Part shown: piece after piece, positions 19,085 to 29,920 of the stretch
Layout: each line of letters starts with the position of its first letter
Position numbering within the stretch: position 1 is the first letter of the stretch
Assembly: GCA_965249275.1 (NCBI GenBank)
Contig: CBDFLQ010000006.1
Location: 192,001-256,000 of the forward strand
DNA length: 64,000 nucleotides
Reading direction: 5' to 3'
From: Dehalococcoidia bacterium
GTDB taxonomy: Bacteria; Chloroflexota; Dehalococcoidia; Plut-88900
Translations under genes and position numbers: made by a program
Notes under the pieces: generated by a model
Database searches by the model: none
Told to the model about the DNA's origin: nothing
Seen by the model: only the letters and a program-made list of their open reading frames with translations

Positions 19085-21823
19085 CTACGCCATGTCTCCC
19101 CAGTTGGGGCCCATCTTTACATCCACGTTCAGGGGTACGCTCAACTCCAGCGCCGAAGACATGACCTCTCTCGCCAGCCCAGCCATCTCCTCCACTTCAT
19201 CCGACGGCGTCTCGAAGATTAGCTCGTCGTGGACCTGAAGGAGCATCCTGCTTCTCATATGGGCCTCGTCCATCCGGTTCTGCATTCCTATCATTGCCAG
19301 TTTCGTAATCTCCGCCGACGTACCCTGAATGGGCATGTTGATGGCCATCCTCTCGGCAGCCATCCTAACGTTGTGATTCCCCGAGTTTAACTCCGGGAAG
19401 TGCCGCCGCCGACCCAGCACCGTCTGCACGTACCCCTGCGCCCGAGCCTTGTGCTTCGTCACCTCCATGTATTCCTTAACGCCCGGATACCGCTCGAAGT
19501 ACTGGTTTATGAAGGTCTGGGCCTCTTCGTTGGAAAGCTCCGTCCTGGACGCCAGCCCGAACCCGCTGATCCCATATATGATGCCGAAGTTTATGGTCTT
19601 CGCAATCCGGCGCATGTCCGATGTGACCTCGTCCATCGGGACACCGTACACAAATGAAGCAGTTGCAGCGTGAATGTCCGCCCCGTCATGGAATGCCTTT
19701 ATCAGGCTCGGGTCCTCCGATATATGCGCCAGCACCCGCAGGTCTATCTGCGAATAGTCCGCCGCCAGGAGCACCCAGTCCGGATGGTCCTGCGCTATGA
19801 ACGCATGCCGCACCTGGCCGCCCAGTTCCGTGCGTATGGGTATGTTCTGCAGGTTCGGATCGTTGCTCGATACCCGGCCCGTCACAGTCCCCGTCTGGTT
19901 GAACGTCGTGTGTACCCGACCAGTGTTCGGGTTCACCAGCGACGGCAAAGCATCCAGGTATGTCGATTTGAGCTTAGATATCTGCCGGAATTCGAGCATC
20001 TTTTCCACCATCGGATGCGCGCCCCTCAGTCCTTCCAACACCCGTGCATCCGTCGAGAACCCGCTCTTGGTCCGCTTGGCGCTCGGCAGCGACAGCTCTT
20101 TGAACAGTACGTCACCAAGCTGCTTCGGCGAGTTAATGTTGAACCGGTGCCCGACGTCGTCATAGATCCCCCCCTCCAGCACCGCCATCCGCTCCCCCAA
20201 CTCCAGGGATAACCCTTGCAGCAGTTTCCCGTCCAGTGCAATCCCCGCACGTTGCATCCGCACAATGATAGGAACGAGGGGCAGCTCCACGTCGTCCATG
20301 ATTTCCCATCGCCCCTCCTCCCGCAGCTCCTTCTCGATCATCATGGATAGTCGCAGGGTAATGTCCGCATCCGCCGCCGCGTACGGGCTCGCCGACTCCA
20401 CGCTCACCTTGTCCATCGTGATCTGCTTGGATCCTGTGCCTATCAGCTCCGTGATCGGCGTCATCTCAATTCCCAGCCTGTCGAAGGAAAGCCCCTTCAG
20501 GCCCAACGACTTCTCCCCGATCAGGAAGGCTGCAATCATGCTGTCGTTGGCCAGACCCCGCACCTCTATACCGTAATTAGCCAGGATCATCATGTCGTAG
20601 TTGGCGTTGTGGGCCGTCTTGGGCAGCGACTCATCCTCGAACAGAGGCCGTAGCCTTTCTATCACCAGTTCCCTGGGCAGCTGCAGCCCCGAGTTGTGCC
20701 CCACCGGAATGTAGTACGACACCCCTGGCCTCGCCGATATCGATACACCCACGAGTCCCGCCATCATCGCGTTCAGGCTGGTCGTCTCAGTATCGAAAGC
20801 AAAGTATCCCGCCTCCCGAACTTCCGCAATCATCGCCTCAAGGGCGCCCTCATCCCGTACCATGTGGTATTCCACCGCCCCACCCCCCGACTCCCTGGCC
20901 TCGACCTCTTCGTCACTCTCCCCATCCCCACCCGGCAGCCGAGGCAGCAAACTGGAAAATTCCAGCTCCCTGAACAGTGCTACCACCGCCTCCCGGTTAA
21001 ACGCAGCCCTTGCACAAGCTGGAAGGTCCAGGTCCAAAGGCACCTGCACTATAATCCTGGCCAGGTCCACCGATAGCCTGGCCTGCGATTCATGCTCTTT
21101 CAGTAACCCTTGAATCCGTGGCGGCTTCACCTCTTCTACGTTCTTGTATATGTCCTCTATCCCCCCGAACTGCTGCACCAGCTTCGCCGCCGTCTTCGCC
21201 CCGATCCCCGGCACCCCCGGAATATTGTCCGACGTGTCCCCCATCAGCCCCTTTAGGTCTGGGATCAGGACAGGAGCCACACCGTACCTCTCCACAACCT
21301 TCTTCTCGTCGTAGAGTACGGTTTCCTTGAACATCCCTCTGGGTATAAGAGCCTTCACGTACGGATTGACCAACTGGACTATGTCGGTGTCCCCCGTGAG
21401 GATGACCGTATCAATCCCCCGCTCCGACGCCTGCTTCGACAGAGTCCCGAGAATGTCGTCCCCCTCATAGCCATCCATCTCGTAGGCCGGAATCCCAAAG
21501 GCCGCAATGAGTTCCCGTGTTCGCCTGAACTGCGCTCTCAGTTCATCCGGTGTCGACGCCCGCTGTGCCTTGTATTCCTCATATTGCAGGTGTCTGAACG
21601 TGGGTGTCGGCCTGTCGAAGACGATCGCGCAGTGAGTCGGGTCTATCTCGTCGAGAACCTTCAACAGTGCGCTGGTAAACCCGTACACCGCCCCGATAGG
21701 TTCCCCTGTCTTGTTCACAGTGAGAGGCGGCAACGCGTGAAACGCCCGATGAATCAGCGCATGCCCATCCATCAACAAAAAAAGCGGTTTCCGCTCAAGC
21801 ATAGAAGCCTGTTGGTTTGCCAT
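19085..21823 (-). CDS. polA: DNA polymerase I
   Basis: 5'-3' exonuclease (RAFHALP, GDTSDNIPGV), 3'-5' exonuclease (FDTET), polymerase motifs ADYSQIDLR, KTINFGIIYG, LLQVHDEL. Confidence 0.98.
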   Translation of the reverse strand: MANQQASMLERKPLFLLMDGHALIHRAFHALPPLTVNKTGEPIGAVYGFTSALLKVLDEIDPTHCAIVFDRPTPTFRHLQYEEYKAQRASTPDELRAQFRRTRELIAAFGIPAYEMDGYEGDDILGTLSKQASERGIDTVILTGDTDIVQLVNPYVKALIPRGMFKETVLYDEKKVVERYGVAPVLIPDLKGLMGDTSDNIPGVPGIGAKTAAKLVQQFGGIEDIYKNVEEVKPPRIQGLLKEHESQARLSVDLARIIVQVPLDLDLPACARAAFNREAVVALFRELEFSSLLPRLPGGDGESDEEVEARESGGGAVEYHMVRDEGALEAMIAEVREAGYFAFDTETTSLNAMMAGLVGVSISARPGVSYYIPVGHNSGLQLPRELVIERLRPLFEDESLPKTAHNANYDMMILANYGIEVRGLANDSMIAAFLIGEKSLGLKGLSFDRLGIEMTPITELIGTGSKQITMDKVSVESASPYAAADADITLRLSMMIEKELREEGRWEIMDDVELPLVPIIVRMQRAGIALDGKLLQGLSLELGERMAVLEGGIYDDVGHRFNINSPKQLGDVLFKELSLPSAKRTKSGFSTDARVLEGLRGAHPMVEKMLEFRQISKLKSTYLDALPSLVNPNTGRVHTTFNQTGTVTGRVSSNDPNLQNIPIRTELGGQVRHAFIAQDHPDWVLLAADYSQIDLRVLAHISEDPSLIKAFHDGADIHAATASFVYGVPMDEVTSDMRRIAKTINFGIIYGISGFGLASRTELSNEEAQTFINQYFERYPGVKEYMEVTKHKARAQGYVQTVLGRRRHFPELNSGNHNVRMAAERMAINMPIQGTSAEITKLAMIGMQNRMDEAHMRSRMLLQVHDELIFETPSDEVEEMAGLAREVMSSALELSVPLNVDVKMGPNWGDMA

Positions 21824-22033
21824 GGTCTTTTTCCTCCCCTCTCCCTTGGCCAGACCTTTACACAAACCTCCGCAAGAGGTCGCGGTGGGGCGTCCGGTCC
21901 CCTCTCTCTTGATGGGAGAGGGCTAGGGTGAGGGTGAATCCTGTCCCCCCAAAACACCCCGATTATAGCACCCCACACCCCACCCCCTTCCTGCTAATAT
22001 ACGCCCATCACCCCGCTTCAATGGGAGGCATTC

Positions 22034-22969
22034 ATGGCCCTGCGTATAGGCATGCACACCGGCGTCCAGGACGTTAGCTACCCCGACCTCCGCAAGCTCT
22101 GGCAAATCGCCGACTCCAATGGCTTTTACTGGGTCTCCGTCTGGGACCACTTCTACGAAAATCCCACCCAGGACGGCAAAAGCCCTTGCTTCGAGGCCAC
22201 GACGACGATGGCTGCCATTGCAGCGGAAACCGAAAACGTCCGCATCGGCTGCCTCGTTATGGCCATCGGCTACCGAAATCCCGCCCTTTTGGCCAAGGCC
22301 ACAGTCACCATCGACCACATCAGCAACGGGCGCGTCGAAATGGGGATCGGTGGCGGTTGGTACGAGATGGAGTTCCTAGCCTACGGCTACCCCTTCCCCC
22401 CAATAAAGACCCGGCTCGACCAACTGGAAGAAGGAGCCCAGATCATCCGCTCCATGCTCCACAACGAGTCCACGACCTTCCAAGGCAAGCACTACTCCGT
22501 CGATAACGCCTACCTCTTCCCCCGCCCCATCCAGGCCTCTCCCCGACTCTGGATAGGCGGCCTGGGAGAAAAGCGCACGCTGCGCATTACCGCTAAGTAC
22601 GCCGATGGCTGGAACGCCGCCTATGTCCCCCCCGAGATGTTCGCCGCCAAGTCCCATATCCTCGACCAATGGTGCGAGAAAGAAGGCCGTGACACCGCCT
22701 CCATCTCCCGCAGCGTTAACCTCGGCTTCTACATGGGCACCGACGAAGCCGACGCCCGAAAGAAACACGACGATATTGAAAGCGCCTGGGGTGGCGACCC
22801 CACCTACAAGCCGGGTGGAATGCTCTTCGGTACCGCGGATCAGGTCCGGGACCGCATCGGGGAATACGTGGACATCGGCGTCACCGACCTAAACATCGCC
22901 TTCCGCGCCCCCTTCGACTTCGACGCCGTCCAGTGCTTCATAGAAGAAGTAATGCCCGCCTTCCAATAA
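22034..22969 (+). CDS. LLM class oxidoreductase, probably F420-dependent
   Basis: WDHFY, YRNPALLAK, DHISNGR, WIGGLGEKRTL, YADGWN. Confidence 0.9.
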   Translation: MALRIGMHTGVQDVSYPDLRKLWQIADSNGFYWVSVWDHFYENPTQDGKSPCFEATTTMAAIAAETENVRIGCLVMAIGYRNPALLAKATVTIDHISNGRVEMGIGGGWYEMEFLAYGYPFPPIKTRLDQLEEGAQIIRSMLHNESTTFQGKHYSVDNAYLFPRPIQASPRLWIGGLGEKRTLRITAKYADGWNAAYVPPEMFAAKSHILDQWCEKEGRDTASISRSVNLGFYMGTDEADARKKHDDIESAWGGDPTYKPGGMLFGTADQVRDRIGEYVDIGVTDLNIAFRAPFDFDAVQCFIEEVMPAFQ

Positions 22970-23425
22970 CATTCACTGTCATTCCGAGGCCCCGCGAGGA
23001 ATCTAAGGCGTACCTCACCACTGACCAGATCAGCCGAGGCTGCCACACAATTTAATGTGACAAGGAACCACTCGCGCTGTCTAACATGAGCTGAAAATGG
23101 TGTGCCTTGTCCCTCTTTCTCTATGAGGCCACTGAATAACCCGTGTTGGAGGAGCCGAGACCGCTCGTGCTGTCTTAGATCCGCCTCTGGCGGGAGGCTC
23201 TCGAAATATGAGCGGGGGGCGTCCCATTCCCTCTCCCGCGACGAGACTATTGCATAACCGCCATTCCGGCCTCCGAGCCGGTCGCACATGCGTCGTGCTT
23301 AAAGCGGAACATCCGCCTCTGGAAGCTCAACCTATGGCGGAGCGTGAATCCATCCCCTAGGGGCAAGGCATTCCGCTCGCTCTGTGCCGATGCTTCCCTC
23401 TAATCTCCCTTCCCCACTAAACAAA

Positions 23426-23498
23426 GAGTAATGGGCCGTGTTGCTTCGCAACACGGCCCATTACTCAATAAAATAGGGCGGGTGGGCGGGAACCTATT
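23426..23498 (+). repeat. 19-bp hairpin plus G-quadruplex-motif module, copy 1
   Basis: Perfect 19-bp stem (23426-23466) followed by AATAAAATA-GGGCGGGTGGGCGGG-AACC; homologous to 30176-30248. Confidence 0.75.
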
Positions 23499-23532
23499 TC
23501 TCCCGAAGCAAGGAAGGGAGGGCTACCCTACC

Positions 23533-24012
23533 TCACCTCAACCGCTCCATCAACGCCTTACCCACGTGCGACGGCACAAAAGAGTCAGGGTCTCCACCAA
23601 GCTTCACCACCTCTTTCAACAGGGAAGAACTGAGAAACTGGTGCTCGAGGCTGCTCATAAACGTCACCAGTTCGATGTCCGGGGCCAGCTTCTTGTTCAT
23701 CAACGCCATCTCGAACTCACGCTCGAAGTCCGAGTTCATCCGAAGCCCTCGTATCATCACCTTGGCATTGATCTCCCGGGCGTAGTCCACGGTCAACCCC
23801 GTATACGCAACCGCTCTGATGTTCGGGAAGCCTTCCAGCGAGTCATTGATCAGGGCTATACGTTCCTCGGTATTGAATAGCAACCTCTTGTTGTCCGGTG
23901 TGGAGTAGACCGCTATTACAACCTCGTCGAACACCAAGGAGGCCCTCTTCGCGATGTCCAGGTGACCGTTGGTTACGGGATCGAAGCTCCCGGGGTATAG
24001 GGCGGTGGTCAA
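23533..24012 (-). CDS. coaD: phosphopantetheine adenylyltransferase
   Basis: YPGSFDPVTNGH, IRGLR, DFERE, LSSSLLKE. Confidence 0.97.
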   Translation of the reverse strand: MTTALYPGSFDPVTNGHLDIAKRASLVFDEVVIAVYSTPDNKRLLFNTEERIALINDSLEGFPNIRAVAYTGLTVDYAREINAKVMIRGLRMNSDFEREFEMALMNKKLAPDIELVTFMSSLEHQFLSSSLLKEVVKLGGDPDSFVPSHVGKALMERLR

Positions 24013-24563
24013 AGACTTCCCTCCGATTGAAAGATGCTCAACATTGTATCACCGTACGTCTTCTCTTTTTCCAGCACGAATCTCCCGTACCGCTCATTGA
24101 GTCCTCGACGCTTGGCATGCTCAACAATTAGCAGTCCATCAGGACTGCATAAGCCTTTCTCGCCTATCAGCCCCAGGACCCGATCAACCGGCTCATCAGC
24201 ATACGGAGGGTCCATGAAAATCAAGTCGTACTCGCCCGAGAGTGTTCCCACCGCTTTCTCCGCATCCAGCACATGCACCCGACCCCGGTCGCTCAAGCCC
24301 GTGGCCTTAAGGTTATCTCCTATTATCCGAGCCAACCCCCGGTCCCGCTCCACGAAGTCCACCCACCTCGCCCCTCGGCTCAGCGCCTCGATCCCGATCG
24401 CCCCCGTGCCTGCATACAAGTCCAGCACTCGCCTCAACTCCACCCCCGCCGAGTCCAGCATAGAAAACAGCGCCCCTCGAACACGCTCGGAGCTGGGCCG
24501 CAGCCCCGCATTCGCCGGAGCCTTCAACCTCCGCCCCTTTGCCTCACCAGCAATAACCCGCAT
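24009..24563 (-). CDS. rsmD: 16S rRNA m2G966 methyltransferase
   Basis: MRVIAG, LDLYAGTGAIGIEALSRGA, DPPY; adjacent to coaD as is usual. Confidence 0.95.
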   Translation of the reverse strand: MRVIAGEAKGRRLKAPANAGLRPSSERVRGALFSMLDSAGVELRRVLDLYAGTGAIGIEALSRGARWVDFVERDRGLARIIGDNLKATGLSDRGRVHVLDAEKAVGTLSGEYDLIFMDPPYADEPVDRVLGLIGEKGLCSPDGLLIVEHAKRRGLNERYGRFVLEKEKTYGDTMLSIFQSEGSL

Positions 24564-25234
24564 TCCAGGATTCTAAGTCCCACTCCCCCAACCCGCAACG
24601 CACCCCCACCCCATGCTCTCCGTCACCTCAACGCTCCTCCCCCTCCCCGTCACCCCGACACTCCTCCGCACTCCCGCCATCCCAACACCGCCCTGTCATC
24701 CCTACGTTCCACCGCCCCCGTCATCCCGAGGCTCCGCAAGAGATCTAGGATTTGCCCACCCACATCCCAGCACCACCCAGCCTCCCCTCCAATCCCCACG
24801 TTTGATACCGCTCATCTTTAGCCTGCTGAAAGTCCGCCGTGGCGAATCGAAGGGTCGAGCGGATACACACACCCATCTTAATAACCATACCTCCCCAAAG
24901 GGACCGCCATCGTTGTCACACTGCCCCCCTGTGACATCAACCCCTTACCCCTCCCCACCCTACTCTCCCTATAATGTCCAATGACCAATGACCAATGCAT
25001 CCCTGCGAAAAGCCTGCATGACAACAATCCGCAACTCCCTCACCACCCAACCCCCGAGCCGAAAATCAATCAATAATCATGCCTGCGCCCCGCAAACAAT
25101 CATATGCAAAGCCGTTTCCCTTTGATTGTAATATGTCAACTACCTCGCATTTCCCGAACAAAAACACCATCTTGTCACTTCCAGGCCTCGATGATAAAAT
25201 CACCCCCGACCCGACCCCCCAAACAGGTCATCAC

Positions 25235-26932
25235 TTGCCACAACACGACGTACTAGTTATAGGCGCGGGACTCGCCGGTATGAGGGCCGCTCTTGAGGCC
25301 CACCGACACGGCGCTAACGTTGCCGTTGTTTCCAAAGTTCACCCCGTCCGTAGCCACTCCAATGCCGCCCAGGGCGGCATCAACGCTGCCATGCCCGAAG
25401 AGGGCCGAGAGGACGACTGGGAGTCCCACGCCTTCGACACCGTCAAGGGCTCCGACTACCTCGGTGACCAGGACGCCATCGAGATCATGGCCCGTGAAGC
25501 CCCGAGTGACATCATCGAGCTCGAGCATATGGGCGTGATCTTCAACCGGGATGAGCGAGGCAGGCTCGGGGCACGAAGCTTCGGCGGCGCATCCTTTGCC
25601 AGGACCTTCTTCGTCGCCGACATCACCGGCCAGGCCATCCTTCACGTCATGTACGAGCAGCTGATGAAGGCCGGCATCTTCGTCTACGAAGAGTGGTTCG
25701 TCACTTCCCTCATCATGCTCGACGGAGTCTGTAAGGGCGCGGTCGCCATGGACATGCTCTCCGGCAGGATCGAGCCCATTCAGGCTAAGGCCGTGATAAT
25801 GGCAAGCGGCGGCCTGGGCCGAGTCTATGAGCCCTCCACCAACGCCATGATCTGTACCGGAGACGGCATCGCCCTCGCGTACAACGCCGGTGCTCCCCTC
25901 ATGGACATGGAGATGGTCCAGTATCACCCCACCACCCTCCCCTCCAATGGCGCCCTCCTCTCCGAGGCCGCCCGAGGCGAAGGCGCTTATCTCATAAACT
26001 CCGAGGGCGAGCGCTTCATGGGCAATTCCCGCAACCCTTATTACGCACCCAACAAGATGGAGCTCGCCTCCCGGGACGTCGTATCCCGAGCAGAACGTGT
26101 CGAAATCGACGCAGGCCGAGGCGTCGATGGCGCAATCCTTCTCGACTGTCGGCACCTGGGCAAGCAGAAAATCCTCGAACGCCTATCCCAGATCCGGGAG
26201 CTCGGCGTCCAGTTCTCGGGAGTGGACATCGCTGAGGAGCCCATCCGCATCGTGCCCGGAATGCACTACCAGATGGGGGGCATCAAGACCGACGTCACCG
26301 GCGCAACCTCCATCCCGGGCCTCTACGCCGCAGGTGAATGCGCCTGCATCAGCCTCCACGGAGGCAACCGGCTCGGGGCCAACTCCCTGCTGGAAACCGT
26401 TGTCTTTGGCAGACGCGCCGGCCTCGCCTCCGCCGAATACGCCTCCTCCCTTAGCCAGCCTATCCTTTCCAACGCCATCAAGTCCGACGAAGAGGCCCGC
26501 ATCGAGGCTATACTCAATCGGGATGCCAACAGCGACCCGCCCGCCGCGATTCGACTCGAAATGGGCCAGTCTATGCACACGAACGTAGCTGTCTTCCGCG
26601 ACGCCGACGGCCTTAAAAAGTCCCAGGAGACCCTCGTCCAGCTCAAGGAGCGCTACGCCAAAGCCTCCATTAGCGACAAAGGAAAAGTCTTCAACTACAA
26701 CCTGCTATCCTACCTCGAGTTGGGGTTTATGCTCGATTGCGCGGAGACCATCGTCGCCGGCGCAATCGTTCGCAAGGAGAGCCGCGGCGCCCATACCCGC
26801 ACCGACTACCCCGAGCGAGACGACAAAAACTGGCTCCAACATACCCTTGTCACCCTTCAGGGGGGCGAACCTCGTATCGACTATGCACCCGTTACTATTA
26901 CTAGATGGCAGCCCCAGGCCCGAACTTACTAG
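25235..26932 (+). CDS. sdhA: succinate dehydrogenase/fumarate reductase flavoprotein
   Basis: [16 protein letters not shown] (covalent FAD His), [28 protein letters not shown]; start placed at TTG 25235. Confidence 0.95.
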   Translation: MPQHDVLVIGAGLAGMRAALEAHRHGANVAVVSKVHPVRSHSNAAQGGINAAMPEEGREDDWESHAFDTVKGSDYLGDQDAIEIMAREAPSDIIELEHMGVIFNRDERGRLGARSFGGASFARTFFVADITGQAILHVMYEQLMKAGIFVYEEWFVTSLIMLDGVCKGAVAMDMLSGRIEPIQAKAVIMASGGLGRVYEPSTNAMICTGDGIALAYNAGAPLMDMEMVQYHPTTLPSNGALLSEAARGEGAYLINSEGERFMGNSRNPYYAPNKMELASRDVVSRAERVEIDAGRGVDGAILLDCRHLGKQKILERLSQIRELGVQFSGVDIAEEPIRIVPGMHYQMGGIKTDVTGATSIPGLYAAGECACISLHGGNRLGANSLLETVVFGRRAGLASAEYASSLSQPILSNAIKSDEEARIEAILNRDANSDPPAAIRLEMGQSMHTNVAVFRDADGLKKSQETLVQLKERYAKASISDKGKVFNYNLLSYLELGFMLDCAETIVAGAIVRKESRGAHTRTDYPERDDKNWLQHTLVTLQGGEPRIDYAPVTITRWQPQARTY

Positions 26933-26953
26933 CCGACTGGAACGCGAGGGAAG

Positions 26954-27901
26954 ATGGAAGTAGCCGTTAAAATCAAACGCTTCAACCGGGAGTCGGGCTC
27001 AGGGCCATATTACGAAGACTTCAAGGTCGAGTGCGAAGAGCACGAGATGGTCCTCGACGCCCTGATAAAGATCCGCGAGTATCAGGACCAGTCCCTCGCC
27101 CTCCGCTGCTCCTGCCGCAGCGCCATCTGCGGCTCCTGCGCCATGCGGGTCAACGGCCATGCAGGACTCGCCTGCAACACCAAGATCACCGACGCCCTCT
27201 CCCGCACCGATACCATCGTCGTCGAGCCTATGGGCAACACCTCGGTAATCAAGGACCTGGTTGTAGACGCTAAGCCATTCTGGGAGAGGATAAACAAGAT
27301 TCAGCCTTGGCTCTCCCCCACCGGCCCCACCCCCGACCACGAATATATCGTTGATAACTCCGCCATGCTAGCCTTGAACCAGGTCATGGGCTGCATTATG
27401 TGCGGAGCCTGCGTCTCCGACTGCACCGTCCTGGAGGTCGACAAGCGTTTCCTCGGACCCGCGGCTCTTGCCAAGGCCCTCCGCTTCGCTGGAGATCCCA
27501 GGGACGGCATAGAAGAAGACAGGCTCAGGAAGCTCGGTCAGGCCGGTGGCATCTGGGACTGCACCCACTGCTTCGAATGCGTTCAGGTCTGCCCCAAGGG
27601 CGTAGCTCCCATGGACCAGATACTTGAGCTTCGCCGCAAGGCCGTCGAACAGGGCTTCGTCAACAACAACGGCGCCCGCCACGCCGAGTCCATGTCCAAT
27701 TCCATCAAACGAAGTGGCTGGCTGGACGAAAAGCGCCTCATCGTAGAGTCCTACGGCATCTTCAACATCAGCGCCCTTATTGGACTCATCCCCACAGCCT
27801 TCCGTTCTCTCAAAGCTAGGAAGTTGCCGCCCCTTTTCCACCACAAGCGGCCCGGTGCGGACAAAGTAAAGCGCATTTTTGAAAAGCTGGAAAGCAAGTA
27901 A
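26954..27901 (+). CDS. sdhB: succinate dehydrogenase/fumarate reductase iron-sulfur subunit
   Basis: CRSAICGSC, CIMCGACVSDC and CTHCFECVQVCP Cys motifs; C-terminal extension. Confidence 0.95.
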   Translation: MEVAVKIKRFNRESGSGPYYEDFKVECEEHEMVLDALIKIREYQDQSLALRCSCRSAICGSCAMRVNGHAGLACNTKITDALSRTDTIVVEPMGNTSVIKDLVVDAKPFWERINKIQPWLSPTGPTPDHEYIVDNSAMLALNQVMGCIMCGACVSDCTVLEVDKRFLGPAALAKALRFAGDPRDGIEEDRLRKLGQAGGIWDCTHCFECVQVCPKGVAPMDQILELRRKAVEQGFVNNNGARHAESMSNSIKRSGWLDEKRLIVESYGIFNISALIGLIPTAFRSLKARKLPPLFHHKRPGADKVKRIFEKLESK

Positions 27902-28779
27902 TGAAATACGCGTGGTATCCCGGATGCGTGTCACAAGGGGCCTGCCCCGAGCTCTTCACCGCAACCCTAGCGGTAGCCGATAAGCTCGGCATTGAGTTGG
28001 TCGAACTGAAAGAGGCCGCCTGCACTGGCGCCGGAATCCTCAGTGAGCGCAACCCTGAGCTCTCCGACACCCTGAACGCCCGCACTTTCGCCATGGCCGA
28101 GCGCCTCGGACTGCCCCTCATGACCATCTGCAGCACCTGTCAGGGCGTCATGAGTCAGGCCAACTACAAGCTCCAGAACGACCCCGAGTACCTCGCCAAG
28201 ATCAACGAGACCCTCGCCCTGGAAGACCTTGAATACAAGGGCACTACCAAGGTCAGCCACTTGCTCTGGGTAATCGTCGAGGACGTCGGTTTGGACAAGG
28301 TAGAGCCCCTGGTTGAGAGACCTCTCACCGGCGTCAAGATCGCCCCTTTCTACGGCTGCTACATCCTCCGACCCACCATGTACCTCGGCTTCGAAGACCA
28401 ACCCGAGCGTGACACCTACATCGAGAAGATCACCACTACCCTCGGCGGCATCGCCGTCGACTATTCAGGCAAGACCAAGTGCTGCGGCTTCCCCATCCTC
28501 ACCATGAACGAAAAGGCCTCCTACGCCATGGCCGGCGACCACCTCATAGAGGCCAAACAAGAGGGCGCCGACGTTATGGTAACCCCTTGCCCCCTCTGTC
28601 ATCTCAACTTGGACGGTGCCCAGCCCAAGGCAGCCAGGCAGAAGAAGATGCAGATCGGCTTACCTATCATCCACCTCCCCCAGATGATAGGATTGGCATT
28701 CGGCATCCAGCCCAAGAAGCTCGGCCTCAACCGCCACATCGTCAACACCAAGAGCTTCGTCGCCAAAGTCCCCGCCTAG
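27901..28779 (+). CDS. HdrB-like CCG-domain subunit (SdhE-type anchor)
   Basis: YPGC, CTGAG, CSTC, FYGC, CCG, CPLCH motifs; coupled to sdhB. Confidence 0.9.
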   Translation: MKYAWYPGCVSQGACPELFTATLAVADKLGIELVELKEAACTGAGILSERNPELSDTLNARTFAMAERLGLPLMTICSTCQGVMSQANYKLQNDPEYLAKINETLALEDLEYKGTTKVSHLLWVIVEDVGLDKVEPLVERPLTGVKIAPFYGCYILRPTMYLGFEDQPERDTYIEKITTTLGGIAVDYSGKTKCCGFPILTMNEKASYAMAGDHLIEAKQEGADVMVTPCPLCHLNLDGAQPKAARQKKMQIGLPIIHLPQMIGLAFGIQPKKLGLNRHIVNTKSFVAKVPA

Positions 28780-28792
28780 CCCCACCCTCGTC

Positions 28793-29920
28793 ATGCCCAA
28801 CGAAGTTGTTGACTTTGACTCCCTGGTCAAGGTCATAGAAACGATACATAAGGCCATCAGCCGGGACGGTCGTACCATCGGGGCCAACGAGACCCGCACC
28901 CGCAACACGCTCATCGATCCTCTGCTCCGCGCCCTCGGTTGGGACGATCCATCTGTGGTGACCCAAGAATATCTTGTGCGATACGGAGCGAAAGAGTTCG
29001 AATACGGCGTGGCGGACTATGCACTCCACCCGCTGGGTCAGCGCGCGAACCCCATAGCTTTTCTAGAAGCCAAACGAATGAAGGAGGATTTGACCGACGA
29101 GCACCGCAACCAGGTGTTTACCTATGTCCTAGACAAGGGGGGTAGCGTCCGGCAATTTGGTCTAACCAACGGCGACCGCTGGGAGTTCTACGAGCTCAAT
29201 GAAGACGAGCCTTGTAAGAAATTCGAGTTCTCCATCCACAAGCAGTCCGCATCGGACTGCACCGGCCTGCTTTTCAGCCATTTCCCGATGTTGAACAAAC
29301 CCCGAAACGAAGGAAACCTACAACAGGTTGAAGTCCTAATGCCTGCAATGCACAGGTCCAGTGCTCTCTCGCATGCGCCCGCTACTCACTATAGTACGTC
29401 AAACAGGTCAGCCGGTCATGTTGATGTGTACAAGATTCTGACTTGGTTCGGCGTTTCCTTTGCTATTTGGATCATCTTAGGCTGGATAGGCGGGGTTCTT
29501 GAGGCGGAGCCTGTCGAAGGTTTTTTCGCAACTTTGGGCTTGTTTGTCTCGGTATTCTTGCTTATTGCCCTGGCATTTCTCCTCTGGCGCATTTCTCCAT
29601 CTACTCTAAAATCGATTCTGAGTTTCCTACAACTGAAGCGACTGTTCGCACCAACAAGAGGAGACAGGCTCAAGACTTGGACTTTGGTAGTCGTGGCCAT
29701 AGTTGGCGGCTTCTTCGCCGGAGGGTTTCTCGGCAACTTTATAGGCTCGCTGTCGGCAAAGTCTGTAGTGTCTGCTTTGGAAATTCTGGGCCAGTTGACT
29801 ACAATTGTCCTAGTTACTGTTCTGCTCATTTCTTTTGGGGCGGGAATGGCACGTCGTTCCAGCAAGAGACGGCGGGAAGGTTGGAGGCCGCGGTCTTCCT
29901 ATCGAAAGCGGCGCTGGTAA
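28793..29920 (+). CDS. HsdR_N-like PD-(D/E)XK nuclease fused to about 4 transmembrane helices
   Basis: NETRTR...LIDPLLRALGW, ADY, LEAK, QVFTY, LTNGDRW; hydrophobic C-terminal half and Arg-rich tail. Confidence 0.8.
   Translation: MPNEVVDFDSLVKVIETIHKAISRDGRTIGANETRTRNTLIDPLLRALGWDDPSVVTQEYLVRYGAKEFEYGVADYALHPLGQRANPIAFLEAKRMKEDLTDEHRNQVFTYVLDKGGSVRQFGLTNGDRWEFYELNEDEPCKKFEFSIHKQSASDCTGLLFSHFPMLNKPRNEGNLQQVEVLMPAMHRSSALSHAPATHYSTSNRSAGHVDVYKILTWFGVSFAIWIILGWIGGVLEAEPVEGFFATLGLFVSVFLLIALAFLLWRISPSTLKSILSFLQLKRLFAPTRGDRLKTWTLVVVAIVGGFFAGGFLGNFIGSLSAKSVVSALEILGQLTTIVLVTVLLISFGAGMARRSSKRRREGWRPRSSYRKRRW

Noticed and set aside
23426-23466. Hairpin as merely the coaD terminator
   Set aside because: It may serve that role, but the second copy at 30176 keeps the same spacer and G-tract in a different context, so termination alone does not explain it.
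24978-24997. CCAATGA short tandem repeat (about 3 copies) upstream of sdhA
   Set aside because: Too short to separate from chance slippage.
25079-25234. N-terminal extensions in the ORF track (sdhA, polA, menH, CoA-transferase to 17446, PrpD from 61631)
   Set aside because: They are low-complexity and precede the first family motif; downstream starts fit better.
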